Source: Methanosarcinales archaeon
GTDB taxonomy: Archaea; Halobacteriota; Syntropharchaeia; Alkanophagales; Methanospirareceae
Reading direction: 5' to 3'
Assembly (NCBI GenBank): GCA_025464585.1
Contig: JAODGL010000092.1
Span: forward strand, 1-46,927
DNA: 46,927 bases
Shown in pieces: positions 27,812-36,881 of the stretch. The notes beneath the pieces are model-generated. The model was not told where the DNA came from and did not search any database. It was given only the letters and a program-made list of their open reading frames with translations. Position 1 is the first letter of the stretch, and each line of letters begins with the position of its first letter. The translations under genes and the position numbers were made by a program.

Positions 27812-28239
27812 AGTATCTTACCTCTCATTGGATTAGGCCCCAATTTCTTTATGTCCTCCGCCATTTCCTTCATAACCCTTGCAAACTTATCCCCCTCGGA
27901 TGCGCTAATCCACTCTGCTCTAACCCGGTTATCCAGCCCGAACTGCTTCAGAATCGTCCTTATTGCCGCTATCCTGCGTCTGGCATAGAAGTTCCCCTTT
28001 ATATAATGACACTCCCCTGGATGACAACCCCCAATGAACACTGCGTCTGCACCATTTAACAGCACTTTGAGCACAAACATCGGATCTAACCTCCCTGAGC
28101 ACATAAGTCTTATTAGCCGAACATTCGGCGGGTATTTCTTACGTGATGTCCCTGCAAGGTCTGCGCCGGCATAAGTACACCAATTACAGGTAAGTCCGAT
28201 TATTTTCGGCTCAAATTCCCCCTTCGCTTCTTCTCCCAT
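27808..28239 (-). CDS. mvhD: MvhD / FlxD-type [2Fe-2S] electron-transfer subunit
   Basis: 143 aa. IIGLTCNWCTYAGADLAG, IRLMCSGR, FIGGCHPGECHY, which are hallmark MvhD motifs. Confidence 0.9.
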   Translation of the reverse strand: MGEEAKGEFEPKIIGLTCNWCTYAGADLAGTSRKKYPPNVRLIRLMCSGRLDPMFVLKVLLNGADAVFIGGCHPGECHYIKGNFYARRRIAAIRTILKQFGLDNRVRAEWISASEGDKFARVMKEMAEDIKKLGPNPMRGKIL

Positions 28240-28311
28240 TTTTCCTTTTTCACTCCCTTATTTTCTTTGAATTTCTCTACCTCTAATAATATTCCCCTTT
28301 CTCTTTTTTCC

Positions 28312-28327
28312 ATATATAAATTTTTCG
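28312..28327 (-). promoter_or_regulatory. BRE/TATA-like element for the mvhD-hdr operon (minus strand reads CGAAAAATTTATATAT)
   Basis: Lies about 73-88 nt upstream of the mvhD ATG (28239). A purine-rich AAGGGAGTGA sits just before the start codon. Confidence 0.35.
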
Positions 28328-28335
28328 ATATTTTC

Positions 28336-28710
28336 ATGATTGTTAAGGAAGAGCTAATCAAGAACGTTGGAATAATGAATAGAAACTGGCTGGGAGTTGA
28401 CGACCGCGAAATCAAAGACAGATTCGATTTAGTCGTCTGTTCTCATTTCCTGTGGCAGGTGCACGACCTCGAAAAGCACTTGAAGAAGATGGAGAACGCT
28501 TCACGGAAATATTGTGCTGTGATTCAACCTGCGGGAAGGGACGGGATAGTGAAGGAGATGTGGACAAAAATAACAGGGGAAAAATATAGAGGCGAGTTTG
28601 ACCCTGACGCCGATTATTTCGCTTATCCAGTACTGCGACAGTGGGGAATGCTGGTAAATGTAAAAATAATGAATTACAGCATAGGACGGAACTTCGGGCA
28701 GGAGGTAAGA
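28336..28710 (+). pseudogene. 5'-truncated class I SAM-dependent methyltransferase remnant
   Basis: The recognisable part starts at FDLVVCSHFLWQV (post-motif-I region) and continues ..KYCAVIQPAG..FDPDADYF... The N-terminal SAM-binding motif I (GxGxG) is absent, because the upstream DNA is the mvhD promoter region. Beyond about 28710 the frame reads as Cys-rich nonsense across the next gene. Confidence 0.5.
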
Positions 28711-28714
28711 ACTG

Positions 28715-29044
28715 GTGATCGCATCGGCAGCTTTTGCACTTTTCATCTTGTGTCCGAGGATGGCTGGAATGACGAGTGTCATATCAAACGCAAGTCATGT
28801 GGATTTGGTCAAAGTGGTGGTATTTGGAACCCTCCTTGCGCTTCCGCTGATAATTGCTATGGCTCTTATTTTTCAGCGATATGGACTTGTTGTGGCGCTG
28901 GCGTTTTGTGTAATCACCGATTTTGCCGCAGCGCTCGCAATGCGTGAGATAAGCATGAAAGCGGGGATGGAAACGCTTATAATCGCTTTGTTTGTGATTA
29001 TGGGTGTTAAAGCTGCTTCGATGGTCTCGGGATGGGTGAGTTGA
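28715..29044 (+). CDS. Small hydrophobic membrane protein (3-4 TM), unknown function
   Basis: 109 aa. GTG start preceded by GGAGGT about 8 nt upstream. Strongly hydrophobic throughout. Confidence 0.4.
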   Translation: MIASAAFALFILCPRMAGMTSVISNASHVDLVKVVVFGTLLALPLIIAMALIFQRYGLVVALAFCVITDFAAALAMREISMKAGMETLIIALFVIMGVKAASMVSGWVS

Positions 29045-29466
29045 GAAATTAAACGCAAAATACCTTCAATCTAATGCAATTATTATGTGCGGCGTTGAAG
29101 GTGAGGAGCGATCTTTTTCCTTTTGAGTTGTATTATATCAAGGTGTACGATCGTTATAAAGCGGTGAGGGCGGTTATTCGCAAATGTATGAAGGAATATC
29201 CCGCCGATGACTGGTATAAACAGGCGTTACGCAATTTAGAGCGAATATTGGCTTCTGTGATCAACGATGACGTGATAAAGAACCGGTTAAAAACGATTCT
29301 GCATTCGGGGCTAATTTGCCACACGATAAGCACATTGGCAAGCTTGCTTTTTTCCTGCTTGGCGTTTATCCTTTGTACGTAGCTCCGAGAAGCCCGTGGA
29401 ACAACGAGGAAGGATTTAACAGCGTCTTCTCAAAGAAATTCTGGAATAAACTGAAATCTTAAATAT

Positions 29467-29799
29467 TTGGATAGCGCCTTTCCACCGGAGATGAAACTCG
29501 TGATAACGCTCGAGAACCATTCAGCGCATACATCCAAAGAGACCAAGGAATTTATTAACGGCCCGAATCGCTTCTCTTTTGTATTCACGTCAAAACATGC
29601 ATCCTGGCTCAATATTATTGAGTGCCTTTTTAGCAAAATGGCAAGAAGTTTTCTTAGAGGCATACGAGTTGCATCAAAAAAGGAACTCAAAGAACGTATT
29701 CTCAAATATTTTGATGAGCTAAATCAAATGCCCGTGGTTTTCAAATGGAGATATAAAATGGACGAGATTCCTGGTGGGGTGGTGTCGAATGTTTATTGA
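29467..29799 (+). mobile_element. IS630-family transposase C-terminal fragment (DDE_3 region), no intact element
   Basis: LVITLENHSAHTSKETKEF (second-D region, with D replaced by E) and ASWLNIIECLFSKM (catalytic E region), then the typical C-terminal tail. The N-terminal two thirds are missing, with stops in all frames upstream. No terminal inverted repeats identified. Confidence 0.7.
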
Positions 29800-29851
29800 T
29801 ATGATAAATAGGAAACGTTGCACTAGCATCACATTTCAAAGTTCCTGCCAC

Positions 29852-30811
29852 TCAAATCTTCATCCCTGCACCAGGTCTCCACACCAGCTCCCTTTCTCTC
29901 GTTCTTAGACCACTATAATCGCCTTCTAAACACTTCTTCGTCACGTTTATCAAATCTTCAGTGCCCGATTGGAGATAATCCCTCGCAACCTCATAAATAG
30001 CCTCCTCACTTTTAGTTATCGCACCAACATATTCCTCCAATGTTTTTCTATACGTACTCACGAATCCGCTCTTGAACTCCACTTTTCTCCCTGTTATCCT
30101 CTTTATTTCTTCCATAACTTCAGAATTAGGTGGTAAAAACAGTGGCACGCCTAACAATCCATACCATTCGGAATCGCGCTCATAATACTTCCGCAAGAAA
30201 GCATTGAGAGCAAATCTTTGCATTCTCCTTGCTAACATCTCCTCTTTCTCCTCGATATAAATAGGCGCCGTGAACTTCAGCGGAACTTTCTTTATTTTCC
30301 TCCTCACTGATGGTTCTTTCTTTTTTATTTGCTCCTTCGTTTTATCCACGAGCTCCGGGAACAAAGCTGAATATTCGGTCTTATGAACATGCGAATGCGT
30401 ATCTTCATGCACTGCTCTGGTGACCATAAATCGCGAAACCGTGAAGTTATACGCTTGATACTTACTTCCCATTATCCACAACACCTTTATCTTTGCCAGC
30501 TCATAATTCTCTATCAAAATGTAAGCCGTATCAGACCTTATCTCGAACTCTGAAAAATACATCTTCTTTAGATGGTTTTCGACTGTTGTTCGCCCTGCCT
30601 TGACCGCTTCATTCAACCTTTCCCCTATCCAGTTTCTTGCTCCTCTCATCCCAATTGCCTCCTCAAACTCTGGAATAAAACTTTCAATCTCCTTTAGCAG
30701 TGCTAAAAAGGAATTAACTGAGATACCATTCGCATAGTTAATGGAGTATAATGGTTCTTCGTATGCTTTTTCAAACATCGCCTTTGACTCTTCGGTTAAT
30801 CTTAACTCCAT
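29852..30811 (-). CDS. Hypothetical protein immediately downstream of sufS
   Basis: 319 aa from the first in-frame ATG (MELRLTEESKAMFEK...); the track ORF starts at a TTG at 30835. Long open frame with normal composition. His-rich patch HEDTHSHVH. No family recognised. Confidence 0.65.
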   Translation of the reverse strand: MELRLTEESKAMFEKAYEEPLYSINYANGISVNSFLALLKEIESFIPEFEEAIGMRGARNWIGERLNEAVKAGRTTVENHLKKMYFSEFEIRSDTAYILIENYELAKIKVLWIMGSKYQAYNFTVSRFMVTRAVHEDTHSHVHKTEYSALFPELVDKTKEQIKKKEPSVRRKIKKVPLKFTAPIYIEEKEEMLARRMQRFALNAFLRKYYERDSEWYGLLGVPLFLPPNSEVMEEIKRITGRKVEFKSGFVSTYRKTLEEYVGAITKSEEAIYEVARDYLQSGTEDLINVTKKCLEGDYSGLRTRERELVWRPGAGMKI

Positions 30812-30813
30812 GA

Positions 30814-30834
30814 TTTTGCATTTTGCATTTTGCA
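30814..30834. repeat. Three tandem heptamers TTTTGCA (minus strand TGCAAAA x3) in the sufS / downstream-gene spacer
   Basis: Read directly: gaTTTTGCATTTTGCATTTTGCAa. Fills the 24 nt between the sufS stop (30836-30838) and the ATG at 30811. Confidence 0.9.
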
Positions 30835-30835
30835 A

Positions 30836-32065
30836 TTATCCCTTACCTATCTTCTCAACAACCTCCAAAAAACGCTCTACCTCCGCCTCTGTATTATACA
30901 AATACACCGAAGCCCTGACCGTTCCTTCTGCATCCAAGCCAAGATATTTCATCAATGGTATGCAGCAGTGATGCCCCGACCTCACAATTATACCTGCTTC
31001 GCGGTCCAACCTTATTGCAACATCATTGGAATTCATCCCCTGCACAGTGAAAGAGACCGTTCCTATCCTCCTACCCAACTCAAAGGCTTCACTGCCATAG
31101 CCATAAATTTCGATCTGGTCCATCTCCTGTAATCCTTCTATGAGCTGCTTGCCCAGTTTCTCCTCCCGTGCTTTTACCTTTTCCATCCCTATCTTCTCTA
31201 AATATTCCACCGCTGCACCGAGACCTAATGCCCCCGCTATATTTGGCGTGCCACATTCAAATCTCTCATACGTCCCTGTCAAACTATAATCAACAAACGA
31301 AGCATCTTCTACCGCACCTCCTCCAACCGTAAGTGGTTCAATTTCTTCCATAAGTTCCTCTTTGACTGCTAAGCCACCGGTTCCGGTAGGACCGAGCATT
31401 TTATGCCCTGAAAACGCAAGAAAATCACAGCCTAAATCGTTGACATCCACTGGCATGTGAGGTACTGACTGAGCGGCGTCAACAAGTAAAAGAGTGTTGT
31501 TCTCCCTGCACAGTCTCGATATTTCTCTTACCGGAAGCATTACACCAAGCGCATTGGAGACGTGCGTTATCGCTACTATTTTCGTCCTTTCATCTATTAC
31601 TTCTTCGAAATCCGATACTTCGAGCTCGCATCTGGTCTTATCCTTGCCTTCAATGGGTTTCACCACTTCCAATTCCACACCAAACTTGTTCTTTGCTCGT
31701 ATCCAGGGCAAAAGGTTGGAATGGTGTTCCCATAGACTAAATACGACTTTATCTCCTTTCTTCAGTCCAATTCCAGATGCTACTATATTTATCCCTTCTG
31801 TGGTATTCTTAGTGAAAATGATTTCTTGTGGCTTGGCTCCAATGAACTTTGCTACCTTCCTGTGTGCGTCCTCGTATTTCTGCGATGCTATCTGCGTTAA
31901 TCTATGCACGCCACGACCTACATTCGCATTGTAATTCCTGTAATATTCCTGAACTGCGTTCAAAACAGGCTCTGGCGTCAAACTCGTCGCTGCACTGTCC
32001 ATGTATATTATCCCGCTATCCAAAATCGGAAAATCTTTTCTTATCTCTTCGATACTGATGGTCAT
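30836..32065 (-). CDS. sufS: Cysteine desulfurase, class V aminotransferase, group II (SufS/CsdA-like)
   Basis: 409 aa. FPILDSGIIYMDSAATS, HHSNLLPW, AFSGHKMLGPTG (PLP lysine), RSGHHCCIPLM (active-site Cys loop). Confidence 0.9.
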   Translation of the reverse strand: MTISIEEIRKDFPILDSGIIYMDSAATSLTPEPVLNAVQEYYRNYNANVGRGVHRLTQIASQKYEDAHRKVAKFIGAKPQEIIFTKNTTEGINIVASGIGLKKGDKVVFSLWEHHSNLLPWIRAKNKFGVELEVVKPIEGKDKTRCELEVSDFEEVIDERTKIVAITHVSNALGVMLPVREISRLCRENNTLLLVDAAQSVPHMPVDVNDLGCDFLAFSGHKMLGPTGTGGLAVKEELMEEIEPLTVGGGAVEDASFVDYSLTGTYERFECGTPNIAGALGLGAAVEYLEKIGMEKVKAREEKLGKQLIEGLQEMDQIEIYGYGSEAFELGRRIGTVSFTVQGMNSNDVAIRLDREAGIIVRSGHHCCIPLMKYLGLDAEGTVRASVYLYNTEAEVERFLEVVEKIGKG

Positions 32066-32146
32066 TTAGCACTCAAAAATAGAAGTGCAACAAACCTATA
32101 AATCTATTACATACCCAAGTTCTCTTGTGAGACTCTGTGGTAAAAA

Positions 32147-32992
32147 ATGAAAAAAGACAGACATATCTTTGAAACCATGGGAAAAGCAAGAGTGGTGGTA
32201 GAAAACGGTAAAGTAGTTGAGGTAGGGAAACCTCTGCTCAAATATTGCCCGTTATGGGCTAAAATACGTGGAATAAGAGAGCTGAACGAAAAAGCGATAA
32301 AGAAGAATATAGAATTCAGGATACAAGATTTCGGGATGTGTACTGCGGATAGAGAAGTAGAATTAGAGGTCTTTGTTGGGTTTGGCGCTTCTGAGACGTT
32401 CATGACCGCACTTCGCCGAGGTTTGCTCGATGCCGCCGTAACGGTTTGTGAAGGTGCAGGCACTGTAATCACTTCCGACCCGAGATTGGTGCAGGGAATA
32501 GGAGCAAGGTTAAGTGGTGTAATTAAGACCACACCCGTTGAGGGAATAATAGAAAAAATTAAAGATAAGGGCGGGAAGATACTTGACCCGCCTGGGATAG
32601 ACCAGGTAGCGGGGTTGCGGTTAGCTCTTGAGCTGGGATACGAAAGAGTAGGGGTTACCGTGTGCGCACTGGCAGATGCTGAGCGATGTAGAGCTATCAG
32701 CAGAGAAGCAGTGATATTCGGTGTGCACCTAACAGGCATCTCCATGGAAGAGGCTGAGGAGTTCTGCGAATTCGCAGACCTTATTACTGCCTGTGCTTCG
32801 CCGCACATAAGAGAACTGGCAAAAGAAAAAGCTCTGTTACAGGCTGGCACCGCAATTCCGATTTTTGCTCTCACATCTGCGGGCAAGGAATTGCTTTTAG
32901 AACGTGCCAGAGAGGTCGGAGATACGTTGTTGTTGAATACCATGCGATTGCCGGTGCTCCCGGAAGAGAAGCAGCCGGAACCGCTGGTGTGA
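32147..32992 (+). CDS. Methanogenesis marker 8-like protein (DUF2099)
   Basis: 281 aa. N-terminal HIFETMGKARVVVENGKVVEVGKPLLKYCPLW and a central CEGAGTVI pattern match my recollection of this family. Needs an HMM check. Confidence 0.55.
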   Translation: MKKDRHIFETMGKARVVVENGKVVEVGKPLLKYCPLWAKIRGIRELNEKAIKKNIEFRIQDFGMCTADREVELEVFVGFGASETFMTALRRGLLDAAVTVCEGAGTVITSDPRLVQGIGARLSGVIKTTPVEGIIEKIKDKGGKILDPPGIDQVAGLRLALELGYERVGVTVCALADAERCRAISREAVIFGVHLTGISMEEAEEFCEFADLITACASPHIRELAKEKALLQAGTAIPIFALTSAGKELLLERAREVGDTLLLNTMRLPVLPEEKQPEPLV

Positions 32993-33025
32993 CTTCTAAA
33001 CCGTAAGTGTTTAGCAGTAAAAATT

Positions 33026-33742
33026 TTATGCTTGGGATTTGGGATTTTCCCCCGATTCATAGACATACTCAGTAGGGTCTTCCACACCCGCTTCTTTGAA
33101 CCCCCTTCTTCTGTGTAAACAGGACTCGCAAATCCCACAATGCTTCTCGCCACCCAGATAACATGAATAAGTCAAATGCAATGGCGCTTCTACTTCAATC
33201 CCTTTTATTATTATGTCAGGCTTAAACAAATCCACTAAAGGCGCTTTTACTGTCGGTGTACGAGAAAAAGAAGCCACCGCTTTCTCCAGCACCGCATTAT
33301 ACCGCTCGACAAATTCCTTCTCGTTGTCGGGATACGCTCTCGCCTCTTCCGCATTGAACCCCACGAAAAGAGCATCTGCGGAGACGACTTCGGCATAAGC
33401 ACTTGCAGTGGCTAAAAGAACCAAATTCCGGCAGGGCACCCATGTAGATGGTGTCCCCCTTTGTTTATCCAAATTTACTTCTTTAGCTACGGGAACTTCT
33501 CTCGCGATGTCCGTCAGAGCTGACCCGCCAAGCTCCTTCAAGAACGGTATTTCTACGAACTTCAATTCTTTTGCATCTAAATAAGCTGCTATTTTATCTA
33601 CTGCTTCTTTCTCCCTCTTCTCCGCTCGCTGTCCGTAGGAAGCGTGAAATAAATGCAATTCGTAGCCTCCTTGCGATGCGATTGTCGCTGCGACCGTGGA
33701 GTCTATTCCGCCGGAGCATATACAAACTGCGATTTTGGTCAT
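33026..33742 (-). CDS. queC: 7-cyano-7-deazaguanine synthase
   Basis: 238 aa. SGGIDSTV PP-loop, VPCRN, C-terminal zinc cluster SCY..CGICESCLHR. Confidence 0.9.
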   Translation of the reverse strand: MTKIAVCICSGGIDSTVAATIASQGGYELHLFHASYGQRAEKREKEAVDKIAAYLDAKELKFVEIPFLKELGGSALTDIAREVPVAKEVNLDKQRGTPSTWVPCRNLVLLATASAYAEVVSADALFVGFNAEEARAYPDNEKEFVERYNAVLEKAVASFSRTPTVKAPLVDLFKPDIIIKGIEVEAPLHLTYSCYLGGEKHCGICESCLHRRRGFKEAGVEDPTEYVYESGENPKSQA

Positions 33743-33935
33743 TTTATTTAGTTTCTATTTCGATTTATGCGACTAAAAAAGTTGCTGCATGGCACCCAGA
33801 CACCCCTGCATTTCCGGTGGAAGTTGCATCCTTCGCTGACTTGTGCCTCCTTATTTCTATCTTTTCAAAAAGAAGCATCGCATTTCTTCTCGTTTGCTTT
33901 TTAACGCCTGAACATATATATAAATCCATCGCAAC

Positions 33936-35216
33936 ATGACTAAACTACAAATCCCCTACGGCTCCAAGCTGATAGATATAGACATAGAAGGTAAACTATT
34001 AGCCCTTGAGGACAATAGAAGCAAAGCTAATCCAAAAAATCAGGACATGATAATAAGACATGCCCTTCAAAACCCTATCGGCACAAAAAGATTGAGAGAA
34101 ATAGTAAACGCAAGAAAAAACGCTACAATAATAATTGTTGTTGATGACCATACACGAGAAGCACCTACTGAGAAGATACTCGATGCTTTAACCGAAGAAA
34201 TAGGAGAAGAGAAGAAAAACCAAATCACACTGCTCGTTGCTTGCGGCACTCACGCACCACCAGCAGAAGAAGAATTGAAGAGAATACTTGGTAAATACTT
34301 CGCCCACTACAACTTCGAGCTCCATGATTGTGACGCGACACAAGATTTGGTCTTCGTTGGTACGACAAATAGAGGAACGCACGTGATGCTAAATAGAAGG
34401 TACGTGGAAGCCGATATAAAAATTCTAACCGGCGATATAACTTTGCATTACTATGCCGGGTTTGGAGGCGGGAGGAAGAGCATCCTACCGGGAATATCCT
34501 CACGGGAAACGATAAAGATGAATCATGCACTTCTTGTGGATGAACGCGCGAGGACCACAAATATAGAGAATAACCCTGTTCATCTGGACATGTCTGAAGC
34601 CGCATCTTTTGCACCACCTGATTTCGTGATAAATACCGTCTCTGATGCCTCGGGCAATCTGGTGGATGCATACGCAGGTGAGATGAACGCCGTGTTTCTT
34701 AAGGGTGCTGAGGTTGCAAAGGGATTGTTTTCTCTTGAAACTGATTTGTTTGACATCCTGCTGGTAAGTGCCGGCGGTTTCCCAAAGGACAGAAATTTGT
34801 ATCAAGCTACGAAGGCGATAGACAATTGTTATCGTGCGGTAGTTCCGGGTGGTAAGCTGATATTGGTTGCTGAATGCCGGGAAGGAATTGGTGACCCTTA
34901 TTTCGAGGACTGGATGAACGAATATGCCACCTATGAAGAAGCAACATCTGCAATCAAAGCAAATTTTGTGCTTGGGGGGCATAAGGCGTTTTATGTAAGG
35001 AAAGCAATGACCCGAGTACACCTGTCTATTGTCTCTGAGCTCGATACTCACTTGCTGAATAAATGGGGAATAAATGCTTATAAGTCGGTTTGGGAAGCGT
35101 ATGAAGCAGAAGTGGAGGAGGAGTACAGGCACGTAACCGAAATGAAAAACAAAGTTAAAATAGGTATAGTTAAAAATGGTTTGGATACTTTATTAGTGCC
35201 TGTGACGATAAATTAG
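33936..35216 (+). CDS. larA: LarA-family nickel-pincer-dependent racemase/epimerase (DUF2088)
   Basis: 426 aa. DDHTR, CGTHA, HYYAGFGGGRKSILPG (cofactor-tethering Lys region), GGHKAF near the C-terminus. Confidence 0.8.
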   Translation: MTKLQIPYGSKLIDIDIEGKLLALEDNRSKANPKNQDMIIRHALQNPIGTKRLREIVNARKNATIIIVVDDHTREAPTEKILDALTEEIGEEKKNQITLLVACGTHAPPAEEELKRILGKYFAHYNFELHDCDATQDLVFVGTTNRGTHVMLNRRYVEADIKILTGDITLHYYAGFGGGRKSILPGISSRETIKMNHALLVDERARTTNIENNPVHLDMSEAASFAPPDFVINTVSDASGNLVDAYAGEMNAVFLKGAEVAKGLFSLETDLFDILLVSAGGFPKDRNLYQATKAIDNCYRAVVPGGKLILVAECREGIGDPYFEDWMNEYATYEEATSAIKANFVLGGHKAFYVRKAMTRVHLSIVSELDTHLLNKWGINAYKSVWEAYEAEVEEEYRHVTEMKNKVKIGIVKNGLDTLLVPVTIN

Positions 35217-35243
35217 ATAAGGAGGAACAAAGGAGAAGTAGCA

Positions 35244-35699
35244 ATGGCTGATCTCGCAAAACAGAAAAGGATAGCAGCAGAGGTGATGAAAGTCGGCAAG
35301 GGACGTGTGTGGATAGACCCTGAAGCTACTGAAGATGTTACGGGAGCGATAACAAGAGAGGATATTCGAGGCTTGGTAGAAGAAGGTATCATAAAAAAGA
35401 AGCAGAAGAAAGGTGTGAGCCGGGGAAGGGCGAGGGAAAGAGCGATCAAAAAGGCGCAGGGGCGCAGGAAGGGACAAGGTTCCAGAAAGGGTGCAAAAGG
35501 CGCGAGGAGAGGGAAGAAAAGGTTATGGATGACCAAGATCAGGGGCTTACGCAGACGATTAAAAGAGCTACGGGACATAGAGCATATTGACAGAACTACA
35601 TATCGAAAATTATATAATAAAGCGAAGGCAGGGGAAATCCGAAACATCGCGCATTTAAATGACTTAATAAAATCGAGTGGAGTAACGAAAGAGGGATAG
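35244..35699 (+). CDS. rpl19e: 50S ribosomal protein L19e
   Basis: 151 aa. KRIAAEVMKVGKGRVWIDP, highly basic central region. Confidence 0.95.
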   Translation: MADLAKQKRIAAEVMKVGKGRVWIDPEATEDVTGAITREDIRGLVEEGIIKKKQKKGVSRGRARERAIKKAQGRRKGQGSRKGAKGARRGKKRLWMTKIRGLRRRLKELRDIEHIDRTTYRKLYNKAKAGEIRNIAHLNDLIKSSGVTKEG

Positions 35700-35702
35700 A
35701 AA

Positions 35703-36245
35703 ATGGCTAAAGGACCGACATATCATGTTCGCTTCAGAAGGAGGAGAGAAGGTAAGACCGACTATCGAAAGAGGCTAAAGCTATTGCTTAGCAGAAAGCC
35801 CAGGGTTGTAGTGAGAAAAAGCAATAAATACCTCAGAATACAACTTGTTTTGGCTGATAAGCTCGGAGATAAGACTGTTGTCTCTGTTATCTCTTCTGAA
35901 CTGAACAGATATAACTACACAGGAGGTGGGTGTAATACACCAGCAGCTTATTTGACCGGGTTGTTATTTGGCAAGCGCGCAAAAGAGGCGGGATTTCACG
36001 AAGCTATCCTCGATATTGGACTGCATACCCCAACCTATGGTTCTAAAGTGTACGCAGCTTTAAAAGGTGTCAGTGATTCCGGTATGGAAGTTGCACATGA
36101 CTCTTCTGTTTTTCCCTCTGATGAGCGCATAAACGGGAAACATATTGCTGATTTTTTACACACTTCTTCTATATTGGACAACTTCAAAGAAACAAGAGAA
36201 AAAATAATAACTGCGTATGAGGAGAAGAGAGTGGTGGGGTCATGA
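35703..36245 (+). CDS. rpl18: 50S ribosomal protein L18 (uL18)
   Basis: 180 aa. [36 protein letters not shown]. Confidence 0.95.
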   Translation: MAKGPTYHVRFRRRREGKTDYRKRLKLLLSRKPRVVVRKSNKYLRIQLVLADKLGDKTVVSVISSELNRYNYTGGGCNTPAAYLTGLLFGKRAKEAGFHEAILDIGLHTPTYGSKVYAALKGVSDSGMEVAHDSSVFPSDERINGKHIADFLHTSSILDNFKETREKIITAYEEKRVVGS

Positions 36246-36871
36246 GAAAAGAAGCGGAGAGAAAGATGGCTGAGGAAGAGAATTGGATACCCATAACAAG
36301 ATTGGGTCTGCTGGTACAAAGTGGCGAAATAAAAAGTATAGAAGAAGCTCTTCGGTCAAGATACCCGTTAAAAGAATATCAAATTGTGGAATCCCTTCTA
36401 CCCGACCTTAGTGAGGAGGTTTTAGATATAAACATGGTGCAAAGGATGACCGATTCAGGCAGGAGAGTGAAGTTTAGAGTATGCGTAATCGTTGGTAATC
36501 GAGATGGATATCTTGGCATAGGGCTGGGTAAAGATGCTCTTGTCCGCAACAGCATTACGAAGGCAATAAGAGCTGCTGAATTGGATTTAACATATATTGA
36601 GAGAGGTTGCGGCTCATGGGAATGTGGATGTAACGAGAAACATTCTATTCCGTTCAAGGTGACGGGGAAATCGGGAGGTGTTGAAATAACATTGAAACCT
36701 GCTCCGAAGGGTTTGGGGCTCGCTGCTGGTGATATATCCAAAAAAGTACTGGAGTTCGCAGGTATCAAGGATATCTGGGCTAAAACGAAAGGAGCAACAC
36801 GAACAACATTTAATCTCGCACTGGCAACTTATGATGCGCTAAAAAAAACAGCTTCAATGAAAACTTTTTAG
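36242..36871 (+). CDS. rps5: 30S ribosomal protein S5 (uS5)
   Basis: 209 aa. [46 protein letters not shown] overlap with rpl18. Confidence 0.95.
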   Translation: MRKEAERKMAEEENWIPITRLGLLVQSGEIKSIEEALRSRYPLKEYQIVESLLPDLSEEVLDINMVQRMTDSGRRVKFRVCVIVGNRDGYLGIGLGKDALVRNSITKAIRAAELDLTYIERGCGSWECGCNEKHSIPFKVTGKSGGVEITLKPAPKGLGLAAGDISKKVLEFAGIKDIWAKTKGATRTTFNLALATYDALKKTASMKTF

Positions 36872-36881
36872 AAAAAGCGTT

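Noticed and set aside
28711-28947. C-terminal 80 aa of track ORF 28267-28947 (Cys-rich: CGFGQSGGIWNPPCASADNCYGSYFSAIWTCCGAGVLCNHRFC)
   Set aside because: It is the out-of-frame read-through of the hydrophobic ORF at 28715-29044, which has its own GGAGGT-GTG start. It is not a metal-binding domain.
32107-33153. 348-aa minus-strand ORF covering the marker-8-like gene and overlapping queC
   Set aside because: It lies antisense to a well-supported plus-strand gene. It is S/P/T/A-rich and low-complexity with no motifs, and it overlaps the real queC reading frame. It is a typical shadow ORF.
34500-35132. 210-aa minus-strand ORF inside larA
   Set aside because: Antisense shadow. The Cys/His/Arg-rich odd composition is typical of a wrong frame.
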